From positions 86,054 through 150,053 of the forward strand of contig CAIRFN010000006.1 in assembly GCA_903877885.1 (NCBI GenBank): a DNA stretch of 64,000 nucleotides, given 5' to 3'. The first letter of the stretch is position 1. Each line of letters opens with the position of its first letter. The notes beneath the pieces are model-generated. The model was not told where the DNA came from and made no database searches. It saw nothing but the letters and a program-made list of their open reading frames with translations. A program made the position numbers and the translations under genes. Shown piece after piece: positions 57,266 to 64,000 of the stretch. Source of the DNA: an uncultured Candidatus Berkelbacteria bacterium (lineage in GTDB: Bacteria > Patescibacteriota > UBA1384 > UBA12157).

Positions 57266-57886
57266 ATGAAAAAAAATCTCTTTCAAAACAAATCAATCGT
57301 ATCTGTAATTATTATTTTACTAATTGTTGCCATTATCGGTGGTTACCTCTTTTGGCAAAAAATTAATTCCACGGTGGCTATTGATACGGCTCAAATTTCC
57401 GCACCGCAAATGAATTTAATTTCCGCTAATGGTGGAACTTTGAAAGAGGTTTTTGCCCAGGAAGGCGATGTTTTACCGCCTAATTCCTTGATTGCTCGGG
57501 TGGATAACGAAATTATTAAAACTCGAACTGGCGGTGAATTGATTAAACTTAATGATGGCGTTGGTCGGGCTGTGAGCAAAGGCGAAGCAATTGCGACAAT
57601 TATTAGTCCTGGCGATTTGCAAGTTGTTGGTAAAATCGCTGAAAATAAAGGGTTGGATTCGATTCATGTTGGCCAAAACGCTTATTTTACAGTCGACGCC
57701 TTTGGCTCACAAAAGTTCTATGGCACGGTTAGCGAAATCGGCGCCACGGCCGACGTTGGTGCTTTAACATTCAATATTTCCGACAAACGAACTCAACAGA
57801 ATTTTGATGTTAAAATCAGTTATGATGTTAACGCCTATCCGGATTTGAAAAATGGTATGTCAGCTAAGATTTGGATTATCAAATAA
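57266..57886 (+). CDS. HlyD-family membrane fusion protein (short, EmrA-like)
   Basis: N-terminal TM, biotinyl/lipoyl-like 'ARVDNEIIKT', beta-barrel C-terminus. Confidence 0.55.
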   Translation: MKKNLFQNKSIVSVIIILLIVAIIGGYLFWQKINSTVAIDTAQISAPQMNLISANGGTLKEVFAQEGDVLPPNSLIARVDNEIIKTRTGGELIKLNDGVGRAVSKGEAIATIISPGDLQVVGKIAENKGLDSIHVGQNAYFTVDAFGSQKFYGTVSEIGATADVGALTFNISDKRTQQNFDVKISYDVNAYPDLKNGMSAKIWIIK

Positions 57887-57910
57887 ATTTGAAATTACGA
57901 AAGTTCTAAA

Positions 57911-59410
57911 ATGACTATTGGTAAAAAAAACGTCGATATGAAATGGATTGTTCTTTTGACCGTTATCATCGGGACTTTTTTGGGTCGACTTGATCAGACT
58001 ATTGTGGGTTTGGCCACTCCGAAAATTATTCAAGATTTTGGCATTACGATTTCTTCGGCCGGTTGGATTTCCACCGCCTACATTATTGCCAATGCGATTT
58101 TTGTACCGATTTGGGGAAAACTTGGTGATCTAATTGGTCGGCGCAAAGTTTATATTACCGGTTTTGTGGTTTTTATTATTGGTTCAGTTCTGGCTGCTTT
58201 TGCTTGGAATTTGGGCTCAATGGTGGTCTTCCGGGTGATTCAAGCCATCGCCGGTTCGGCTGATTATCCAACTGCGATGTCGATTTTATATTTTACTTTC
58301 AAAGATGAAAAAGAACGCAATCAAGCCTTGGGTATTTGGTCAGCGTCGTTTGCTGCGGCCGTGGTTTTTGGACCACTGATTGGTGGGCCGCTGATCGATA
58401 ATTTTGGTTGGCCATCGGTTTTTATGTTAAACTTGCCGGTCGGTATTCTTGGTTTAGCTATGGCCTATATGTTTATTCAGGAATCGCGATCTGAAGAAAA
58501 AATTGTCAATTTTGACTGGTTTGGCGCTTCATATTTAGGCATTGTCTTAGCCTCTCTAGTTTTAGTTTTGGACAAAGGTTTGAGCTGGGGCTGGTTTTCT
58601 CTAAATAGTGTAATTGCTTACACCAGCATTATTGTCTTTTTGATTGCGTTTATTAAAGTCGAAACAAGTCACCCTGAACCGATTGTGGATTTAAAATTTT
58701 TCAAAAACAGTATTTTAGTTAACACAATGGTAAACAATTTTATTACTTTTATGGGTATGATGATGTTGATTTTTTTAATTCCGATTTTTGTTCAAACTTA
58801 TTTAGGTTTCGATGCAACTAAAACCGGTTTTCTCTTTTTACCAATGGCTTTTGGCATGCTTTCCACTGCGCCCTTGGGTGGTGCTTTGAAGGGAAAAATT
58901 CAAGCCCGATTTATTATTATGGCCAGCTCTTTTGTGGCGGCCATTGGCATGTTTATGTTTATCGGACTGGATGCTAAATCTGGACCGTTAGATATTGGTT
59001 TACCATTATTTATCATGGCTGCAGGCATGGGTTTTGGGATGGCACCACGCACTAGTATCGTTGCTTCAGCTGTGCCGGCGCATGAAATCGGTAGTGCGTC
59101 TTCGCTTTTGGCCTTGGTTCGTAATATTTCCGGCGCTTTTGGCATTGCTATTGCCGGCACAATTTTAAATAACGGGGTTGAAAGTAAAATCGCTGATTTA
59201 ATGCAAAATAGCAGTTTTACTCTGCCATCAACTCCGGCGCTCCAAGGCGCTTATACTCAAATTTTCGCTGGTTTGGTTCAACTTCGAGCTCAAATATTAA
59301 CTTTCCGTGAAATTTTTGTTTTCGCCGCTGTCATTTCTTTGATTGGTGGCATTGCCGCTTACTGGATTCGAGTGGAAAAAGAATCCGATCTCAAAGTCAT
59401 TGTGGAATAA
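57911..59410 (+). CDS. MFS transporter, DHA2 (EmrB/QacA, 14-TMS) family
   Basis: 14 hydrophobic segments; 'GRLDQTIVGLATPKI' and 'LGDLIGRRKV' MFS motif A. Confidence 0.85.
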   Translation: MTIGKKNVDMKWIVLLTVIIGTFLGRLDQTIVGLATPKIIQDFGITISSAGWISTAYIIANAIFVPIWGKLGDLIGRRKVYITGFVVFIIGSVLAAFAWNLGSMVVFRVIQAIAGSADYPTAMSILYFTFKDEKERNQALGIWSASFAAAVVFGPLIGGPLIDNFGWPSVFMLNLPVGILGLAMAYMFIQESRSEEKIVNFDWFGASYLGIVLASLVLVLDKGLSWGWFSLNSVIAYTSIIVFLIAFIKVETSHPEPIVDLKFFKNSILVNTMVNNFITFMGMMMLIFLIPIFVQTYLGFDATKTGFLFLPMAFGMLSTAPLGGALKGKIQARFIIMASSFVAAIGMFMFIGLDAKSGPLDIGLPLFIMAAGMGFGMAPRTSIVASAVPAHEIGSASSLLALVRNISGAFGIAIAGTILNNGVESKIADLMQNSSFTLPSTPALQGAYTQIFAGLVQLRAQILTFREIFVFAAVISLIGGIAAYWIRVEKESDLKVIVE

Positions 59411-59448
59411 AATCATTTACAAAAAAAGGACCGATAAATCAGTCCTGG

Positions 59449-60639
59449 TTAGTAGGTTGCAAACGAAATCGGTCCGAGTGGCATTTGACCGGTTTTTTGG
59501 TAAAATTTTTCGCTATAGTGATAAAGTGTTGAATAGTCTGAACCAATTTGCGAATTTAGATGTTGATGGTAAATTTCCAAACTCAATTTAGCATAATTTT
59601 TTGAAGTCTCATCTTTTTGGGCGAGCGCGAATTCCCAGAAGGCAGCCAAATCCATATCGGAAGTATCTCCACCTAAAAGCTGATATTCAAAGACCGATTT
59701 TTCAAAAACTTCAGTGTTAATGATTTGTCTTAAATATGCTTCTTCTAAAAGACTAAACGCTGGTGAATATCGGGAATAATTGGTTAAATCAAAAGCTACA
59801 GCCACAGCCGAATTCGGACTGGTAACAGCATAGGCAATTGTTGCTTCGTGCCAAGTTTGGGGATAAATCACTGTAGTAAAATAAAAATTATCGAATTTTT
59901 CAGGGTAGAGTTTTTTAAGCGTCTGGCTAAAATAAACCATCGTTTCGGCAAAGTGACGGCAGACACTTTCATGCTTGTCGATCAAAAGTTCGTCGACTGG
60001 TTCATTATCAGCGGAAAAAATTGCCCGAACAGGATTTGTTTTACTAATTTTAATAAAATCGCGGCCGTTTTGACGGTTTTGCCAGGCTTTGGTGGCCGGA
60101 TCATAAGTTAAATGTTTGCTACAAATTTCAGCCGTGACCTGACAAAATGCGGCAAAATCTCCCTGATTAAATCGATCAGCAATAAACGAATTCTTTTGAA
60201 AAATTAAATTAGCTTCAGTTCTAACAAAATTTTCAAATCGTTGTTCATCTTTCGGTGGTTTTAAAAACGACAGTCCGGGTTTAATTAGAGTTTTAAGAAT
60301 CGGACTGGCTAAGTTAATTTTTGAGCCAGAACTAATAATTTGTCGTGGGAAATAACCGAATCGGATTGTGGTTTTAGGATTAGTAAATTCTAGTAAACCA
60401 TTCGTCCGACAGTCTGGAAAGGAACTAGTATTAATAGAATTGGGATCAATAATCATAGGTGATTGGTAGCTGACTTTAGCTCGATCATTTTTAAATAAAT
60501 AAAAAGTGATTTTTGGATTATACATTAGATATTTGTTCCAGATATAAAATCCAAAAATGATGGTAAAAAAGACGCTTACCAGCCAGATCGGAATTTTCCA
60601 ATACCATTTCATTTTTCGGCGGTTAGCTTTAGTTTTCAA
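59449..60639 (-). CDS. hypothetical membrane-anchored protein (possible transglutaminase-like Cys/His/Asp core, weak)
   Basis: N-terminal TM; 'ESVCRHFAETMVYF...H' weakly resembles the transglutaminase-like cysteine protease motif. Confidence 0.35.
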   Translation of the reverse strand: MKTKANRRKMKWYWKIPIWLVSVFFTIIFGFYIWNKYLMYNPKITFYLFKNDRAKVSYQSPMIIDPNSINTSSFPDCRTNGLLEFTNPKTTIRFGYFPRQIISSGSKINLASPILKTLIKPGLSFLKPPKDEQRFENFVRTEANLIFQKNSFIADRFNQGDFAAFCQVTAEICSKHLTYDPATKAWQNRQNGRDFIKISKTNPVRAIFSADNEPVDELLIDKHESVCRHFAETMVYFSQTLKKLYPEKFDNFYFTTVIYPQTWHEATIAYAVTSPNSAVAVAFDLTNYSRYSPAFSLLEEAYLRQIINTEVFEKSVFEYQLLGGDTSDMDLAAFWEFALAQKDETSKNYAKLSLEIYHQHLNSQIGSDYSTLYHYSEKFYQKTGQMPLGPISFATY

Positions 60640-60813
60640 GTTGCACCTCCTCGATGGATCAACTCGGAATTTTTATATTGTACCAGAAAATCTGGGGAAA
60701 GGAAAGGGAAATCAAATTCAACTAGACCTGGTGAAGTTTTTATGTTACAATTTAAGAGAAATAAGTCATTGCGAACAAAGCAAGCCCCTATAAGCAAAGC
60801 TTGTAGGTTTATA

Positions 60814-60886
60814 GCCCCTATAGCTCAGCGGATAGAGCGTACGGTTCCGGTCCGTAAGGCCAGAGGTCCGAGTCCTCTTGGGGGCA
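60814..60886 (+). tRNA. tRNA-Arg(CCG)
   Basis: Acceptor GCCCCTA/TGGGGGC, anticodon loop TTCCGGT; CCA encoded. Confidence 0.85.
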
Positions 60887-60914
60887 CCACTTATTTTATT
60901 TAGAAATTATATAT

Positions 60915-60986
60915 GCCCCTGTAGCTCAACGGATAGAGCACGAGCCTTCGAAGCTCGTGGTGCGGGTTCGATTCCTGCCGGGGGCA
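60915..60986 (+). tRNA. tRNA-Arg(TCG)
   Basis: Acceptor GCCCCTG/CGGGGGC, anticodon stem CGAGC/GCTCG, loop CTTCGAA; CCA encoded. Confidence 0.85.
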
Positions 60987-61017
60987 CCATTTAAAATTTT
61001 TACAACGAGGGCCGGCA

Positions 61018-61071
61018 TCCAGACCTCCGGTCATAACCAGACCTCCGGTCATAACCAGACCTCCGGTCATA
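61018..61071 (+). repeat. 18-bp tandem direct repeat x3 (CCAGACCTCCGGTCATAA) embedded in tRNA-Lys 5'-fragment copies
   Basis: Three contiguous units; the third ends ...CATAG and runs into a TAGCTCAGTGG D-arm copy. Confidence 0.7.
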
Positions 61072-61204
61072 GCTCAGTGGTATACAAATCTAGTATTCCG
61101 GTCATAGAGCAGCATATTAAAATATTTGGGCCAGTAGCTCAGTGGTATACAGACGCTTCCGCGTCATAGAGCATCGCCTCTTAAAATTTTCAATACAGTA
61201 TGGA

Positions 61205-61276
61205 GGGCCGGTAGCTCAGTGGTAGAGCAGCTGACTCTTAATCAGCTTGTCGTGAGTCCGATCCTCACCCGGCCCT
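61205..61276 (+). tRNA. tRNA-Lys(CTT)
   Basis: Acceptor GGGCCGG/CCGGCCC, anticodon stem GCTGA/TCAGC, loop CTCTTAA; CCA encoded. Confidence 0.85.
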
Positions 61277-61313
61277 CCATGGGGTGTTGAAAATTTCAGA
61301 CACGGGTAGCAAT

Positions 61314-61346
61314 TTGTCGTGAGTCCGATCCTCACCTGGCCCTCCA
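61314..61346 (+). other. Duplicate of the tRNA-Lys 3' end (33 nt, 1 mismatch) about 37 nt downstream of the gene
   Basis: 'TTGTCGTGAGTCCGATCCTCACCTGGCCCTCCA' against the tRNA '...CACCCGGCCCTCCA'. Confidence 0.6.
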
Positions 61347-61399
61347 AAAAATCACCAAATTTTATCTGGTGATTTTTTGTGTATTTGAGTTCTTATTTT

Positions 61400-62617
61400 T
61401 TACTCATATCTTAAGGCATCGATTGGGTTAAGTTTGGCGGCGCGTTGCGCCGGATAGTAACCAAAGATAATTCCAACTAAACTGGAAACGCCAACCGCAA
61501 TCGCTACCGCTGAAAAATTAATAATGAACGGGATTTTAATTAAAAAGGCGGCAATATACGAAAGGCTGACGCCAACGATAATTCCAACAAGGCCGCCGGC
61601 AATAGTCAAAACCAGGGCTTCGATTAAGAACTGTCTTAAAATATCTCTTTTTTTAGCACCAATCGATTTTAACAAGCCAATTTCTTTGGTTCGTTCGGTC
61701 ACGGTCACTAACATAATATTCATAATACCAATGCCGCCGACTACCAGAGAAATTCCAGCAATTCCCGCTAACATCAATGTTAATAAACCTGTCACCGTGC
61801 TCAAAGCGGAAATCGCATCTTTACTGGTGGCTAAATGAAAATCCGCTTTTGTTGGGTCGGTAATTTTATGATTGTCTAAAATCAGTTGAGTAATGTCGGC
61901 TTCGGTCTGACCGTTTAGATTAGCATCAACTGTTTGGACAAATAAAATCGATAAATAATCGCGACCAAAAACCAACTTTGAACCAGTTTCCAATGGAATA
62001 AAAACGCCGGTGTCTGGACTGGAAAATCCTGATGAACCTTTAGGCTTAGTCACGCCAACAACATGAAAAGTTTTATTGTTAATCGTAATTGTCTTACCAA
62101 TCACGGCGCTACCTTCGCCAAAAAGATCGGTGGCCACTTGTGCCCCCAAAACAGCGACTCGGCTTAGGCTGGTATTATCGTCATCGGTAAAAAAACTACC
62201 TTGATCGATTTCCAGTTGGTTGACAGAAAAATAAGCCGCAGTTGTGCCAGTGATACTGTAAAATCCGGATTGATCGTTGGCGGCAACTGTTTCGGTTTGT
62301 AGTAGATCAGGCGCGACAGCTAAAATATTATTAATCTTATTTTTGTTTGTTAAACTAGTTGCATCAGCAATTGTTAAGGTGTCTTGGCGGCTAGCGGCGC
62401 GTTGAGCTAAATTTTGGGCGCCCGGAGCGATAATAATTAAGTTTGTGCCAAAGGAAGAAATCTGATTAGTAATCGAAGCAGTGGCACCATTACCAATAGA
62501 AATAATAATAATGACTGAGCCAACACCAATGACAATGCCCAGCATGGTGAGTAATGTCCGCATTAGGTTATTTTTAAGAGCGCTAAAGGCTAAAAAGATT
62601 AGTTCTCGAAGACTCAT
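61400..62617 (-). CDS. ABC transporter permease, MacB/FtsX-like
   Basis: N-terminal TM, large periplasmic domain, C-terminal 3 TM with FtsX-like pattern; ends '...IDALRYE'. Confidence 0.8.
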   Translation of the reverse strand: MSLRELIFLAFSALKNNLMRTLLTMLGIVIGVGSVIIIISIGNGATASITNQISSFGTNLIIIAPGAQNLAQRAASRQDTLTIADATSLTNKNKINNILAVAPDLLQTETVAANDQSGFYSITGTTAAYFSVNQLEIDQGSFFTDDDNTSLSRVAVLGAQVATDLFGEGSAVIGKTITINNKTFHVVGVTKPKGSSGFSSPDTGVFIPLETGSKLVFGRDYLSILFVQTVDANLNGQTEADITQLILDNHKITDPTKADFHLATSKDAISALSTVTGLLTLMLAGIAGISLVVGGIGIMNIMLVTVTERTKEIGLLKSIGAKKRDILRQFLIEALVLTIAGGLVGIIVGVSLSYIAAFLIKIPFIINFSAVAIAVGVSSLVGIIFGYYPAQRAAKLNPIDALRYE

Positions 62618-63324
62618 CTGGCCTCCTGTCTTTGAGAGTTTTGTCGATCAGAAACAATCAAGCCGTCTTTTAGTTCGATGATGCGGTGAGCGTGAGCGGC
62701 AATATCTGGTTCGTGAGTAATAATTACAATGGTGTGGCCTTGGCGATTAATTTCTTGCAAAATACCAATAATCTCGTATGAGGTTTTACTGTCCAAATTG
62801 CCAGTTGGTTCATCGGCCAAGATAATCGCCGGATTCATCACTAGCGCTCTAGCAATTGCCACCCGCTGAATTTGACCACCAGAAATACGATTAGACAAAC
62901 TTTTGGCTTTGTCAGCGATTTTCACTTTGTCCAAAGCGGTCATGGCCCGATTAAAACGGTCTTTGGCGCCAATACCGGCGTACATCATTGGCCGCATTAC
63001 ATTGTTTAGAACCGACGTTCTAGCTAGTAAATTAAATGATTGAAAAACAAAGCCAATTTCTTGATTGCGAATTTCAGCCAAAGCATCATCATTATAAGTA
63101 TTAATTTCTTTGCCTTTTAGAAAATATTTGCCTGAAGTTGGTGTATCCAGCGCGCCCATAATGTGCATGGTGGTAGACTTGCCAGAACCGGAAGCGCCGA
63201 TAATGGCCACAAATTCACCGGCATTGATATCAAAAGAAATGCCTTTCAAGGCAGTGTAAACTTCATCATTTTCCAAAGGAAAGCTCTTGGTTACGTTCTG
63301 AAAAGAGATGAGCGGCGAAGCCAT
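62614..63324 (-). CDS. ABC transporter ATP-binding protein (MacB/LolD type)
   Basis: Walker A 'GASGSGKST', signature 'ISGGQIQRVAIARAL', Walker B 'ILADEPTGNLD'. Confidence 0.85.
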   Translation of the reverse strand: MASPLISFQNVTKSFPLENDEVYTALKGISFDINAGEFVAIIGASGSGKSTTMHIMGALDTPTSGKYFLKGKEINTYNDDALAEIRNQEIGFVFQSFNLLARTSVLNNVMRPMMYAGIGAKDRFNRAMTALDKVKIADKAKSLSNRISGGQIQRVAIARALVMNPAIILADEPTGNLDSKTSYEIIGILQEINRQGHTIVIITHEPDIAAHAHRIIELKDGLIVSDRQNSQRQEAR

Positions 63325-63340
63325 AAAAACCTTTCAAGTT

Positions 63341-64000
63341 TTAGTTAGTCGTTGCGCCGGTAAGTGGGTTAGTGCTTTTAGGTTGAGTTGTCAAAATAAC
63401 TTGTTGGCCTTCGGTTAAGCCGTTGGTAATTTCAGTTCGGTCCGTACCCTTAAGTCCAACTTGAACCGGGACATAAACTAAGGTTTTAGATTTTGAGCCA
63501 GCTGGTGGCAGAATTTGAACGGCTTTTCCATTTTGATAAGGTTTGATGGCGGAATTAGCCACAGTTAAAACATTCTCGTGTTTTTCAGTTTCAATATCGA
63601 CGTTACCACTCATTGCCCCGCGTAGCCCTTGATCAGGATTATTAATCGAGAAATAAACGCCGTAAGAAATCACACCAGAAGTGTTAGTACCGATTTGGTC
63701 AATTTTAGTAATTTTACCATCAAAAGTTTTACCTTTAATTGCGTCAATGGTAATAGTAGCTGCGGCGTCTAATTTAAGTTTGGGAATATCAATTTCATTA
63801 ATTTGAGTTTTGAAAACTAAAGTTGATGACTTGGAAATAATTAAAACCGGCGAAATAGTGGTGCCAGAAACTCCAGTGGCGCTCACTTTATCACCAATCG
63901 AAAAACCTAAATTACTTACCATACCGGAAGTTGGCGCTTTGACTGTTAAATTACTTTTGCCGTCATAGGCGAGTTGAGCCGAATCAGCTGTTGCTTGAGC
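63341..64000 (-). CDS. Efflux periplasmic adaptor (HlyD/MacA family), C-terminal part; gene continues past the window end
   Basis: Frame is open to nt 64000; beta-barrel/MPD-like C-terminus; sits upstream of the MacB-like ATPase and permease. Confidence 0.55.
   Translation of the reverse strand, partial: AQATADSAQLAYDGKSNLTVKAPTSGMVSNLGFSIGDKVSATGVSGTTISPVLIISKSSTLVFKTQINEIDIPKLKLDAAATITIDAIKGKTFDGKITKIDQIGTNTSGVISYGVYFSINNPDQGLRGAMSGNVDIETEKHENVLTVANSAIKPYQNGKAVQILPPAGSKSKTLVYVPVQVGLKGTDRTEITNGLTEGQQVILTTQPKSTNPLTGATTN

Noticed and set aside
61018-61071. CRISPR array
   Set aside because: Only three 18-bp units, directly tandem with no spacers; no cas genes in the window.

Overview
Low-GC bacterial window with a compact, CPR/Patescibacteria-like gene set. 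Genes are short, the peptidoglycan/division set is minimal, and many small tRNA islands are present. Housekeeping genes that are well supported by motifs: class-I LysRS C-terminus, serS, hpf, secA, PolX, ftsEX, two M23 peptidases, tsaE/tsaB, LCP, PpiC, pyruvate kinase, typA, cyclophilin, ZIP, DEAD-box helicase, ABC-F, MFS/HlyD and MacAB-like efflux. Thirteen intact tRNAs were found by manual cloverleaf parsing: Asp, Gly-CCC, Thr-CGT, Pro-TGG, Gly-TCC, Arg-TCT, His, Glu-TTC, Arg-CCG, Arg-TCG, Lys-CTT. Accessory and unusual content: (1) a type II R-M pair, a C5-MTase plus a REase whose frame runs through a TAA. (2) A REP/RAYT cassette bounded by perfect 63-bp repeats that carries an NDT/DNPH1-like gene. 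(3) A LAGLIDADG ORF overlapping tRNA-Asp and a GIY-YIG ORF bracketed by tRNA-Glu and a duplicated tRNA-Glu 5' segment. (4) Recurrent tRNA 5'/3' fragment duplications, including a tRNA split around an intact tRNA-Thr. (5) Two MITE-like TIR elements flanking one gene. (6) glgC interrupted by an in-frame TAA. (7) An apparently GC-richer island carrying a PLD-like gene, a Lnu/ANT(2'')-like nucleotidyltransferase, a DUF2493/SLOG gene and a P-loop kinase fusion. (8) The most interesting locus, a minus-strand operon at about 42.8-50.8 kb. It encodes four radical SAM enzymes (two with an N-terminal RRE-like extension plus SPASM, one SPASM-only, one B12-binding class B), a GalT-family HIT nucleotidyltransferase, a MazG-like protein and an RNB-domain-only exoribonuclease. 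It has two near-consensus sigma70 promoters and no recognisable precursor peptide. All calls come from reading the sequence and ORF translations; no database searches were run.
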